NCBI GenBank assembly: GCA_038087875.1
Contig: CM075993.1
Coordinates: forward strand, 11,596,001-11,660,000
Source of the DNA: Malacoraja senta
Lineage: Eukaryota
DNA: 64,000 nucleotides
Direction: 5' to 3'
Shown here: in pieces, positions 34,238 through 46,779 of the stretch
How positions within the stretch are numbered: position 1 is the first letter of the stretch
Layout of the letters: the number at the start of each line of letters is the position of its first letter
Program-made: the position numbers and the translations under genes
Notes under the pieces: model-generated
Database searches by the model: none
What the model was told of the DNA's origin: nothing
What the model saw: only the letters and a program-made list of their open reading frames with translations

Positions 34238-34555
34238 TAGTTTAGTTTAGTTTAGAGATACAGCGAGGAAACAGGCCCTTCGGCCCACCGGGTCCACGCT
34301 GACCAGCGATCCCCGCACATTAACACTACCCTACACACACTAGGGACAATTTTTTACATTTTCCAAGCCAATTAACCTACAAACCTGTACGTCTTTGAAA
34401 TGTGGGAGGAAACCGAAGACCTCGGGGAAAACCCACGCAGTTCACGGGGAGAACGTACAAACTCCGCACAGACAGCACCCGTAGTCAGTATCGAACCCGG
34501 GTCTCCGGCGCTGCATTCGCTGTAAGGCTGCCACTCTACCGCTGTGCCACCGTGA
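34238..34555 (-). mobile_element. HE1 SINE (a plus-strand 3' half follows at ~34712-34893)
   Basis: A-box and B-box on the minus strand; (TTTAG)n tail. Confidence 0.9.
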
Positions 34556-35493
34556 CTGTCTAGGTGGGGAGAAAGTTTGTTGGCTGTGCAAAGTTAACTT
34601 ACACTGTAAATGTGATTCATAATCACACATTGAAGGAAATGCGATCACTTAAAAAAAAACATGACAAAGGGAACGTTCTACAAACATTCCTTCCCAACTT
34701 CAGATACAACAAGATTTTCGGTTTCCTCCCAAACTCCAAAGACATACAAGTTTGTAGCTTAATTGGCTTGGTATAAATATTAAAAAATGTCCCTTGTGTG
34801 TGTAGGGTGGTGTTAATGTGTGGGGATTGCTGGACGGCACGGACTCGGTGGGCCGAAGGGCCTGTGTCCGCGCTGTATCTAAACTAAACTAAAAATGGCG
34901 AGGTTTGTAAAGATAATTCCACTCAAAGGCTGTTTTTCTGGAGCCTGTGAGGAATGAGTGTGCCAGTGACAGGTGCCTGCACAGATCTCTCTGCTCCTAA
35001 TTACCAACCCGTAGCGTGGAGCTGGGCTCTAAATCTCCAGAACAGACACTCTGAGAACCCTCGCCTTTGTGGTACCTTTCGCGTGGTTTATTTTTACACA
35101 GCCCTCTTCTGCTCATTCTTCAACTGCCTTTATCGAGCACTGTTGGTTGGCTTCAGTCATGACACAAGATAAATGAGCTCTGGGTCCTCGGGGCCTAGGT
35201 ATGGCTGCCAGCCGTTTCCAAAATAGCAAACTATTTTTCATAGAGCGATGCGATGTGAAATTAGATGCAGCAGGCAAGCTAACATTTACTATCACAGGTA
35301 GTGCAGTGGGAATACATTTAGTTTCCTTCTGTGTCAAAGTAACTTCTCTGAATTTACATAAAGACTGTGTTCAGCGCAAGTTCTTATTGTGAAAATCGTG
35401 GAACAAAGTTTGAATCTAAGTGAACTTTACAGCTTGTTAACCCCTCCTGGTTCTCAGGTAAGATTCTGAAGCCAGTCTATTTCTCCATCCCCA

Positions 35494-35770
35494 GATAGAC
35501 ACACAATGCTGGAGTAACTCAGCAGGTCAGGCAGCATTTCTGGAGGAAAGGAATAGGTGATGTTTCGGGTCGAGACCCTTCTTCAGACTGGTGTCTGAAG
35601 AAGTCCCCAGACTCCAGTCTCCAAAGAAGACTTCTAGTCTGAAGAAGGGTCTTGACCGAAAACGTCACCTATTCCTTTTCCCCAGAGATGCTGTCTGTCC
35701 TGCTGAGTTACTCCAGTTTTTTGCGTCTGTCTTTGGTGTAAACCAGCATCTGCAGTTCCTTCCTACACAT
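35494..35770. mobile_element. Head-to-head pair of hammerhead/pLTR units
   Basis: Minus core at 35559-35586 and plus core at 35639-35666, each followed by the pLTR tail. Confidence 0.75.
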
Positions 35771-36054
35771 AGTTCTTAACCCTGGTCTCCCACCCAGAGC
35801 CATTCAACCTGTTCCCAGTTTGAGCTCCTTTCATCGTGCTTTGTATTAGCTTGTGATTCTGGCATCTATGTGAACCGTTCTACTTCTCCTTATCATCATC
35901 TGCTCTGATCTGCCGCTTTCGCACCTTACCCTTCCATATCTCTAGACTCCCTCTCCCCTGACTCTCAGTCTGTAGAAGGGTCTCGACCTGAAACGTCACC
36001 CATTCCTTCTCTCCAGAGATGCTGCCTGTCCCGCTGAGTTACTCCAGCGTTTTA

Positions 36055-36357
36055 GAGTTTTAGTTTTAGAGATACAACGCAGAAACTGGCCACTCGGCCC
36101 AACAAGTCCATGCTGCCCAGCTACACACTAGCACTATCCTACACACATTAGGGACAATTTACATTTATACCAAGCTAATTAACCTACAAACCTGTACGTC
36201 TTGGGAGTGTGAGAGGAAACCGGACATCTCGGAGTAAACCCACGCCGTCAAGGGGAGAACGTCCAAACTCCGTACAGACAGCACCCGTAGTCAGGATCGA
36301 ACCCGGGTCAGTGACTCTGTAATTGAGCAACTCTACTGCTGCGCCACCGTGCCGCCG
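36055..36357 (-). mobile_element. HE1 SINE
   Basis: Similar to the other copies. Confidence 0.85.
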
Positions 36358-37046
36358 TTTGTGTCTATCTATGTGAAGGACATTGGTGAATGCAGCCGAC
36401 TGTAGTCAGGCAGGCAGGCTGTATTTCACAATGAGCTGGGTGGCTGTGATAGTCTGTCAAATACACTTGTGTGCAGTCTATCTCAGAGACTAACTGGCAA
36501 GGACCACCGTGAAGTGAGCTGTTGTATCTGGTGAAAATCACACACCACTCCCTCCCCCTCCCCGCCCGCTATCCCCACCATCGGAAGGAGCGAAAGGAGG
36601 CACTGCCTCGTAAAAGCAGCCAGTCTCATCAAGGTCCCACAAGCTGATTTCACCCCTACCCTGGGGACGAAGGTACAGGAGTCTGAAAACCGTCACCACC
36701 AGGTTCAAGAACAGCTTCTTGACGTATTCATGAGAGAGAGAGATGTAGCTCTTAGGGTAACAGAATAAAGGGAACTGGGAAGAAAGCAGGAATGGGGTAC
36801 TGATTCTGGATGATCAGCCATGATCATGTTGAATGGTGGCTGGCTCGATGGGCTGAATGGCCTACTCCTGCACCTATTGTCTATGTTTCTATGCTTCTTC
36901 CCAGTAACCACCAGGCTCTTGAACTCCATACAATACTAACCACTACCTCAGCAAGTATGATCCCCAGACTGTGTTTTCAGTTACGCTACGGACTCTGGTT
37001 TTGCACTGTTATGGTCACCTCATCATACTGCTATTAAATTATTGTA

Positions 37047-37345
37047 TTTTAGTTTAGTTTAGTTTAGCGTGGAAACAGGCCCCTCGGCCCACCGAGTCCG
37101 TGCCGACCAGCGATCCCTGCACACTTACACCATCCTACACGCACTAGGGACAATCCACATTTATGCCAAGCCAATTAACCTACAAACCTGTACGTCTTTG
37201 GAGTGTGGTAGGGAATTGAAGATCTCGGAGAAAACCCAAGCAGGTCACGGAGAGAAGGTACAAACTCTGTACAGACAGCACTGGTAGTCAGGATCGAATC
37301 CGGGTCTCTGGCGCAGTTGTCCCACTATCCCACTGTGCCGCCCGC
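37047..37345 (-). mobile_element. HE1 SINE
   Basis: Similar to the other copies; (TTTAG)n tail. Confidence 0.85.
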
Positions 37346-37523
37346 TACAAACATTATGAACCCCGGTTCTTATGATCACCTCATATCACTGCTATTATAT
37401 TAATGTATTATTAATCACTATATATTTGTGTGTTGTTGCATTAATGGGCTTCTTAAGCTGCTCCAAAGGAAGGGTTTCGGCCCGAAACGTTGCCATTTCC
37501 TTCGCTCCATAGATGCTGCTGCA

Positions 37524-38005
37524 CCCATACACAAATAAAAAAAAATCTTCCATCGAACGTGTCCAAAGACAGGCAGCTCGATTTGTTACTAACACCTATG
37601 AGAGAGAAGCGAGTGTTACCAAACTTCTGAATTCTCTGGGGTGGAACCCCCTCCAAGACAGACGTGAAGCTCACCGTTTGACCTGTTTTTACAAAATGTT
37701 AAATGGTCAGCTCGACATAGGTTACAAGACCTACACCAAACCCAAACCAATTAGGAGCAGATGAGGGCATTCGATCCAATTTGTGATTCCATCTACCAAG
37801 ACAGATGTGTACAGCTATTCATTCTTCCCCCGCACAATTACAGCATGGAATAATCTCCACCCTACTATAGTTACCCAACCAGATGCAACTACATTTAAGG
37901 CAGCTCTTTCTTCCCAAAAACCCCTTCTGGCCTACGTCCTCCCACCACCACCAGTTTAAATTCCAATTGGAATATTTTGGAGGACCAAGAAACTAAGAAC
38001 CAAGA
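37524..38005 (+). mobile_element. 3' fragment of a divergent CR1/L2-group LINE, inserted in a hammerhead mini-element
   Basis: IERVQRQAARFVTNTYEREASVTKLLNSLGWNPLQDRR...SFFPRTITAWNNL; (AAGAACC)n-like tail. Host halves at 37468-37527 and 38006-38055. Confidence 0.75.
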
Positions 38006-38727
38006 ACCCGCTGAGTTTCTCCAGCACTTTTGTCTACCTTCGATTTTCCAGCATCGTACATTTGCCTGGCAGAAATAGGCTGCAAATGTCCAAGCTGGGA
38101 CAGAGAGAAATATGGAACTAACCCTTTGCGTTTCTGACTGCCAGTAAGACTATTCTCTTTATAATTATTGAAGTAGTTAGTTTAGTTTATTATCACGTGT
38201 ACAGTGAAAAGCTTTAGTTGCGTGCTATCCAGTCAGCAGAAAGACAATACATGATTACAATCGAGCCATTACAGTGTATAAGAAATGTTGCTGTCGGAGT
38301 AGATATTTTAGAGTGCGGAGCGATTGTGAAATGTGATTGTAGATCTGCTTCTGTGACTAGAACGCAAATAGTCGCCTGGGTCGGGCACCATCCTCAGGTA
38401 TATAGAACAGTACAGCACAGGAACAGGCCATTCATCCTGCCCTCTCTGTGTCAAACACAATGCCAGGATAAACTAATCTCCTCTGCCTGTACATGAACTA
38501 TTTCCCACCAGTCCCTGCATATCCGTGCTAAAAGCCTCTTAAATACCACTATCGGCCTCCGCCACCACCCCTGGCATCATGTTCCAGGTTCTCACTACCC
38601 TCTGTATTAAAAAACTTCCTCCGCTCATTTCCATTCAATTTTGCATCTCTCATCTTTAATGCTCTGCCCTCTGGTCTTTGGCATTTCCACTCTGAGGAAA
38701 AAGGTTCTGACTGTCTACCCTATCTAT

Positions 38728-39338
38728 ACAATAGACAATAGACAATAGGTGCAGGAGTAGGCCATTCAGCCCTTTGAACCATTCAATGTGATCATGGCTG
38801 ATCATCCCCAATCAGTACCCCGTTCCTGCCTTCTCCCCATATCCCCTGACTCTGCTATTTTTAAGAGCCCTATCTAGCTCACTCTTGAAAGCATCCAGAG
38901 AACCTGCCTCCACTGCCCTCTGAGGCAGAGAATTCCACAGACTCACAACTCTCTGTGTGAAAAAGTGGATAACCTCACATTTATCCGCATTAAACTTCAT
39001 CTGCCATGCATCTGCCCACTCCCCCAACCTGTCCAAGTCACCCTGCATTCTCATAGCATCCTCCTCACAGTTCACACTGCCACCCAGCTTTGTGTCATCT
39101 GCAAATTTGCTAATGTTACTTTGAATCCCTTCATCCAAATCATTGATGTATATTGTAAATAGCTGCGTTCCCAGCACTGAGCCTTGCGGTACCCCACTAG
39201 TCACTGCCTGCCATTCTGAAAGGGACCCGTTAATCCCTACTCTTTGTTTCCTGTCTGCCAACGTATTCTCTATCCATGTCAGCACTCTACCCCCAATACC
39301 ATGTGCCCTAATTTTGCCCACTAATCTCCTATGTGGGA
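38728..39338 (-). mobile_element. CR1 LINE with an internal in-frame deletion, nested in an older CR1/HER1 copy (~38400-39905)
   Basis: KFADD...CEVIH fused directly to FFTQRVV; (CTATTGT)n tail. Confidence 0.88.
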
Positions 39339-41130
39339 TCTCTCATAATTTTATATGCTTCCATCAGGTTCCATCCTCAACCTCTGGCATTTCAGAGAAA
39401 ACTGTCCAACTTCTCCCTGCTGCTAAAACCTCCTAATCCGAGCATCATTCTAGTAAACCTCCGCTGCACCTTTTCTAAAGCCTCCACTTCCTCCTTGTAA
39501 AGGTACTCAAGGGGATCATGACAGAAGCCTCCTGGTAGCGATCCCCGGAAATGACGACTCAGTGATACGTCGGGCGACCGACTCTGTCAACATGTTGGAC
39601 GACGACGGAAGCCGACAGCGAGGTACGCATCGTCTGACACAGGGGCGAACGATGGGGTGCCCAGAACGAGACACCATACTCCAAATGCAGCCTCTCCAAA
39701 CTCCTCTAGAGCTGCAGCATGACTTCTTGACTAAAATACTCAGCATCTGACCAATCAAGGCAAGCATACCACATGCCTTCTTTACCCTTCATTGACGTTT
39801 GTTGCCACTTTCAGGGAGTTATGGACTTAAACCGAAAGATCCCCCTGTACATCAATACTGTTAAAGGATTTGCCTTTAGTTGTATACTTTCCTGTTACAT
39901 TCGACCTCCAGTTGCTTGTGTACACACAGCATTTCATTCTCGACCCGAAACGCCACCCATTCCTTCTCTCCGGAGATGCTGCCTGTCCCGCTGAGTCACT
40001 CCAGCTTTTTGTGTCTATCTGCGGTTTAAACCAGCATCTGCAGTTCCTTCCTCCACATTTCATTCAATATTGGATTAGCTGGTTTCAACAACATGGATGG
40101 GGTCAAGGAAAGAGCATTCACGTCGCGGCCCTGATTCCACCAATCTTTCCACCACCACGTACAAGAAGCACAAGAAGCGACAAGACAGACACCATTGTAT
40201 GCAGATGGCGAGAAGTGTGTTCAGCTCCGGCTTGATCAATTTCTAATCTTGTGACATGGACTCGATAAGAAGAACATGGATAGGAAATGCAAAATATCAT
40301 TGAAGTTTGTATATTCTCACTTGAAATGTTATAAACACCTCAAAGACCCTTGTGACAATGAACAATGAGTTTTACCACATGGAATATTATTTTGATTAAT
40401 GACAATTAATGACAATTATCAAATAGGAGAGGGAAGTGAGATGAGTTTTATTTTGCTTCTTTCTAGGATGGTGGGATGAATCAAATACTAGAGGGCATAG
40501 CTTTAAGGTGAGAAGCCAAAGTAAAGGAGATGTGTGGGCAAGTAGTTTACACAGAGGGTGGTGAGTGCCTGCAATGTGTTGCCTGGGGTTGTGGTGGTTT
40601 AATTTGGCATCATGTTTTGCACAGTCATTGTGGGCCGAAGGGCCTGTTCTTGTGCTGTGCTGGTCTACGTTCTATGTTAGATCAAAGTACCAAGCATGGA
40701 CTCATGAGTTGAAATCCTAAGGTAGTATTGAAGTCAGAGTTATACTGCGTGGAAGCAGGCCCTTCAGCTCAACTTGCCCACACTGACCAACATGTGGCAT
40801 CTGCACAAGTCCCACCTGCCCCCTGCACCAACTCCTCCTCAGCCACTCATTCATCTCCCCCATCTTCAGGCTCTTACCCACACAAGCACATGGCATTGGA
40901 AGCAATCCCGAGATCGAAAGTATCTGCCGGTGATATCAAGGTACCTTGCTTGAGTGAAGCATCACAGTGCCCCAGTAAACCTAAAGACAAAGGACATCAA
41001 AGAGAAAGCACACCAGTAGTGGAGACATATCGTGGACAAAGCCAGCGGGGGTGGTGGTGGTTCCTGGAGGTCAAAGACCACAGTACCAGGACATTGCTTC
41101 AAGCATAATCATTTTGACCCTTCTTCAACA

Positions 41131-41425
41131 TGGCAGCATGGTGGTGCAGCGGTAAAATTGCTGCCTTACAGCGCCAGAGACCTGACCAAGGGTGCTGTCT
41201 GTACGGAGCTTGTACGTTCTCACCGTGACCACGTGGGTTTTCTCCAAGATCTGCCATTTCCTCCCACACTCCAAAGACGTACAGGTTTGTAGGTTAATTG
41301 GCTTGGTGTAAATGTGAAATTGTCCCCAGTGTGTGTAGGATAGTGTTAATGTGCGGGGATCGGTGGTTGGGCAGAAGGGCCTATTTCCGCGCTGTATCTC
41401 TAAACAAAACTAAACGAAATGAAAC
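41131..41425 (+). mobile_element. HE1 SINE
   Basis: Head GGCAGCATGGTGGTGCAGCGG, central domain and tail. Confidence 0.85.
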
Positions 41426-41954
41426 ATAAGGTCAAACATGAGGAAAGATGGCAATTATTGCATGATGTTTGATGTCCTTTGCATCCCCTCAATACATAGA
41501 GCATGGAGAGGTATTGACCAGACAGCGTTCAGGCAGGGCTGAAGAAGTGGTGAGGTACAATTACATGGTGAAAGGTCTAAGCATTGACCTTCTACAAGAG
41601 TCAAGAGTGTTTCATTGTCATGTCCCAGATAGAACAATGAAATTCTTACTTGCTGCAGCACAACAGAATATGTAAACATAGTACACTGTATACAATATAC
41701 TATATACATACATATACATTTATATATACATATACATATACACACACATACGTACACACACAAAACAAACAATAGTAGTGCAATAATAGAAACATAGAAA
41801 TTAGGTGCAGGAGGAGGCCATTCGGCCCTTCGAGCCAGCACCGCCATTCCTTGTGATTATGGCTGATCGTCCCCATATAATATAATAATAATAATATTAA
41901 TAATAGTCTATTGTCGTTTGGGGTTTATTTGAGGTTGTAGTGATTAATAGCCTG

Positions 41955-42709
41955 ATGACTGTTCCTGAACCTGGACGTTACAGTTTTCAGGCTCCTGTAC
42001 CTTCTTCCCGATAGCGGGGAGGAGATGAGTGTGCTGGGTGTCTCTGATGAAGCTGGCTGCCTTTTTGAGGCATCGACTCCGATAAATCCCTTCGATGGTG
42101 GGGTGGTCAGAGCCGGTGATGGACTGGGCAGTGTTCACAATTTTCTGCAGTCTTTTCCACTACTGGACGTTCAAGTTGCCGAACCAGGCTACGATGCAGC
42201 CGGTCAGCATGCTCTCTACTGTACACCTGTAGAAGTTCAAGAGAATCCGAATCTGACATACCGAATCGCCTTAATCTTCTCAGGAAGTAGAGGCGCTGAT
42301 GTGAATTCTTTATAATTGCATCAGTGTGCTGGGACCAGGAAAGATCTTCGAAAATATGCACGCCCAGGAATTTGAAGTTTTTGACTCTCTCCACCATCGT
42401 CCCGTTGATATAAACAGGATTGTGGGTCCTCATCCTTCCCCTTCCAAAGTCCACCATCAGTTCCTTGGTTTTACTGATATTGAGAGCCAGGTTGTTGTGC
42501 TGGCACCGTTTGGTCAATCGGTCGATCTCACTTCTATACTATGACTCATCACCTTCTGCTATTTGTCCAACAACTGTGGTGTGGTCGGCGGACTTGAAGA
42601 TGGAGTTTGCACTATGTCTGACTATACAGTCATGAGTATAGAGTGAGTACAGCAGGGGGCTGAGCACGCAGCCTTGAGGAGCTCCCGTACTGATTGTTAA
42701 TGAGGAAGA
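41955..42709 (-). pseudogene. Rex1/Babar-type non-LTR retrotransposon RT remnant (continues at 45756-45873)
   Basis: STGAPQGCVLSPLLYSLYTHDC, NNLALNISKTKELMVDF, FKFLGVHI, QRLYFLRRLRRFG. Confidence 0.85.
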
Positions 42710-45700
42710 GTTATTTAAGAAGGAACTGCAGATGCTGGATAATCGAAGGTAGACAAAAACGCTGGAGAAACTCAGAGGGTGAGGCAGCATCTATGGAGAG
42801 AAGACGTTTCGGGTCGAGACCCTTCTTCAGACTGATGTGGGGGTGGGGGGGGCGGGAAGAAGAAAGGAAGAGGCATAGACAGTGGGCTGTGGAAGAGCTG
42901 GGAAGGGGAGGGGAAAGAAGGAGAAAGCAGGGACTACCTGAAATTGGAGAAGTCAATGTTCATACCGCTGGGGTGTAAACTACCCAAGCGAAATATGAGG
43001 TGTTGCACCTCCAATTTATGGTGGGCCTCATTATGGCCATGGAGGAGGCCGAGGACAGAAAGGTCAGATTCGGAATGGGAGGGGGAGTTGAAGTGCTGAG
43101 CCACCGGGAGATCAGGTTGGTTATTATGAACCGAGCGAAGGTGTTGGGCAAAGCGATCGCCAAGCCTGCGCTTGGTCTCACCGATGTAGAGCAGCTGACA
43201 TCTAGAGCAGCGTATGTAATAGATGAGGATGGAGGAGATGCAGGTGAACCTCTGCCGCACCTGGAAAGACTGCTTGGGTCCTTGAATGGAGTCAAGGGGG
43301 GAGGTAAAGCGAAAAGTGTAGTATTTCCTGCGGTTGCAAGGGAAAGTGCCAGGAGAGGGGGTGGTTTGGGTGGGAAGGGACAAATAGACCAGGGAGTTAT
43401 GGAGGGAACGGTCTCTGTGGAAAGCCGAAGATGTAAAGAGGAGATGGGAAGATGTGGCAAGTGGTGGGGTCACGTTGCAGGTGGCGAAAATGGCGGAGGA
43501 TTATTTGTTGTATGTGGCGGCTGGTGGGTTGGAAGGTGAGGACAAGGGGGATGGGAAGTGAGAGCAGAGTTACGGGGTATAGAATAGACCCTGGTGAGAG
43601 CCTCATCTATAGTAGAAGAGGCGAACCACCGTCCCCTAAATAATGAGGACATCTCTGATGCCCTGGTTTGGAACACCTCATCCTGGGTACAGATGCAGCG
43701 TAAACGGAGGAATTGGAAATAGGGGCTGGAGTCCTTACAGGAAGCAGGGTGGGAAGAAGTGTAGTCCAGATAGCCATGGGAGTGAGTGGGATTCTAGTAG
43801 ATGTCGGTCAGTAGTCTATCACCTGCGTTAGAGATAATGAGGTCCAGAAACGGTAAGGTGATGTCGGAAATGGTCCAGGTGTATTTGAGTGCCGGATGGA
43901 AGTTAATGGAGGTGAAATGGATGAAGTCAGTGAGTTCTGTATGGGTGCAGGAGGTCCTTTTCACAATGGCAGGCCGTGACCAGTGGGGTACCACAAGGCT
44001 CAGTGCTGGGACCCCAGCTATTTACAATATATATTAATGATTTGGACGAGGGAATTGAATGCAACATCTCCAAGTTTGCGGATGACACAAAGCTGGGGGG
44101 CAGTGTTAGCTGTGAGGAGGGTGCTTGGAGGCTGCAAGGTGACTTGGATAGGCTGGGTGAGTGGGCAAATGCGTGGCAGATGCAGTATAATGTGGATAAA
44201 TGTGAGGTTATCCACTTTGGTGGCAAAAACAGGAAAGTAGACTATTATCTGAATGGTGGCCGATTAGGAAAAGGGGAGATGCAACGAGACCTGGGTGTCA
44301 TGGTACACCAGTCATTGAAAGTAGGCATGCAGGTGCAGCAGGCAGTGAAGAAAGCGAATGGTATGTTAGCATTCATAGCAAAAGGATTTGAGTATAGGAG
44401 CAGGGAGGTTCTACTGCAGTTGTACATGGTCTTGGTGAGACCACACCTGGAGTATTGCGTACAGTTTTGGTCTCCTACTCTGAGGAAGGACATTGTTGCC
44501 ATAGAGGGAGTACAGAGAAGGTTCACCAGACTGATTCCTGGGATGTCAGGACTTTCATATGAAGAAAGGCTGGATAGACTCGGCTTGTACTCGCTAGAAT
44601 TTAGAAGATTGAGGGGGGATCTTATAGAAACTTACAAAATTCTTAAGGGGTTGGACAGGCTAGATGCAGGAAGATTGTTCCTGATGTTGGGGAAGTTCAG
44701 AACAAGGGGTCACAGTTTAAGGATAAGGGGGAAATCTTTTAGGACCGAGATGAGAAAAACATTTTTCACACAGAGAGTGGTGAATCTCTGGAATTCTCTG
44801 GCACAGAATGTAGTTGAGGCCAGTTCATTGGCTATATTTAAGAGGGAGTTAGATGTGGCCCTTGTGGCTAAAGGGATCAGGGGGTATGGAGAGAAGGCAG
44901 GTACAGGATACTGAGTTAGATGATCAGCCATGATCATATTGAATGGCGGTGCAGGCTCGAAGGGCCAAATGGCCTACTCCTGCACCTATTTTCTATGTTT
45001 CTATGTTTCTATGTAGCACCAATGCAATTGTCGATGTAGCGGAGGTAGAGTTGGGGGATAACCATATAACCATATATAACCATATAACCATAACAGCACG
45101 GAAACAGGCCATCTCGGCCCTTCAAGTCCGTGCCGAACATTTTTTGTTCCACTCTACGTCTCGAACAAAGATTGTTCGACGTACCCTACAAAGAGGCAGG
45201 CATAGCTTGGGCCCATGCGCGTGCCCATAGCTACGCCTTTTATTTGGAGGAAATGGGAGGTCAAACGAAAAGTTGTTAAAGATAAGGACCAGCTCCACTA
45301 GGTAGAGGAGAGTATCAGTAGATGGGGATTGGTTGGTTCTCCGGTCGAGGAAGAAACGGAGGGCTTTAAGACCCTCCTGGTGGGGGATGGAGGTTTAGAG
45401 TGAAGATGGTGGGAATGGGGGGGGCCTGGAAAACGGAAGTCATGGAGGAGACGAAGAGCGTGTGAGGTGTCTTGAACATAGGTAGGGAGGGATTTAACCA
45501 GGATGGAGTCGAGGTATGTGGAAATAGGTTCGGTAGGACACGAACAGGCAGAAACAATGGGTCTACCAGGACAGTCAGGTTTGCAGATTTTGGGGAGAAG
45601 GTAAAATCGGGCCGTGCGGGGCTGGGGAACGATGAGGTTGGAGGCTCGGGAGGACAGGGAGCCGGAGTTAATGAAGTCAGTGATGGTGCTAGAGATGGTG

Positions 45701-45755
45701 GCCTGGTGCTCGTCTGTGGGGTCATGGTCCAAGGATAAGTAGGATTTTCCAAGAA
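42710..45755 (-). mobile_element. Second Penelope-like copy (degenerate, 5'-truncated) with 13 bp TSD and two nested inserts
   Basis: TTAATGAGGAAGA at 42697-42709 and 45756-45768. RT and GIY-YIG fragments collinear with the 18-20 kb copy. Intact hammerhead core at 42803-42830. Confidence 0.9.
43953..45014 (+). mobile_element. Young 5'-truncated CR1 LINE nested in Penelope
   Basis: Uninterrupted 312-aa ORF2 C-terminus ([15 protein letters not shown]); (TTCTATGT)n tail. Confidence 0.95.
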
Positions 45756-45875
45756 TTAATGAGGAAGAAGTATTTCTGCCAATTCAAATAGACTGAGGTC
45801 TGTGGATGAGGAAGTCGATGACCCAATTGCAGAGGGATGCTCCGAGACCCAGTTCCGTGAGCTTGGTAATCAGTT

Positions 45876-46195
45876 AAAAAAAAAATCAAAAATATTTATT
45901 CAAATATTAAATTAATATATGCCGTACAGTAAGAAATAAAACGGAATACACTTCCATAATACACGATAAACGATAAACGATGATACAAGTATCTTACGCT
46001 CCTTGTCAAAGATGCATTCAACCCCCCCGCGGTGCCCAGCGGCCCCGGAAACCCCCCAGGGCGCCCGTGGACAGCACGTAGTCCCTCTCTAACACCACCT
46101 GGGCGCAGACGTAACCCCGGAAAAAGGGCAGGCAGCCGGCTCGGGCAGAGCCCTCTTCCGCCTGGCGCCGTGACATGCGGATGGCCACCTTGGCC
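45876..46195 (-). mobile_element. Tx1-like non-LTR retrotransposon 3' end
   Basis: Minus strand translates LAKVAIRMSRRQAEEG...CLPFFRGYVCAQVVLERDY...FRGRWAP, resembling Tx1 ORF2 C-termini. AATAAA near the end. Confidence 0.65.
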
Positions 46196-46274
46196 ACTCT
46201 CTAACTGCCATGCTATCCCACAGAGCTGTGTGATGGGCCTTCACTCCACTCTATTTACGACAAGCCTGTTGCTT

Positions 46275-46525
46275 ATCCGTGCCGAACAGCGGTCCCCACA
46301 CAGTAACACTACCCTACAAACACACTGGGGACAATATTTCACATTTATACCAAGCCAATTAACCTACAAACCTGTACGTCTTTGGAATGTGGGAGGAAAC
46401 TGGAGATCTTGGAGAAAATCCAAGCAGGTCATGGGGAGAACGTACAAACTGCGTACAGGCAGCACCCGGTCGGGATTGAACCCGGGTCTCTGGCGCTGTA
46501 AGTGCTGTAAGGCAGCAACTCTACC
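46275..46525 (-). mobile_element. HE1 SINE (partial)
   Basis: Central domain and head remnants. Confidence 0.8.
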
Positions 46526-46559
46526 ATTTATGCATTACTCCATCTTTCACAAACCCACC

Positions 46560-46770
46560 CAGTTTCATGTTTATTTCTTCTATATCTCTCTATATCACTG
46601 TCTATATCTTTTGTTTCCCTTTCCCCTGAATCACAGCCTGAAGAAGGGTCTCGACCCGAAACATCACCTATTACTTTTCTGCAGAAATGCTGCCTGACCT
46701 GCTGAGTTACTCCAGCCTTTTGTGTCTATCTTCAGTTTAAACCAGCATCTGCAGTTCATTCCCTCACATA
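46560..46770 (+). mobile_element. Penelope 3' UTR/pLTR with hammerhead core at 46638-46665
   Basis: CTGAAGAAGGGTCTCGACCCGAAACATC. Confidence 0.75.
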
Positions 46771-46779
46771 CAGTTTCAT

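Noticed and set aside
40080..40250. Possible exon in a unique island
   Set aside because: No convincing acceptor/donor pair and no recognisable peptide.
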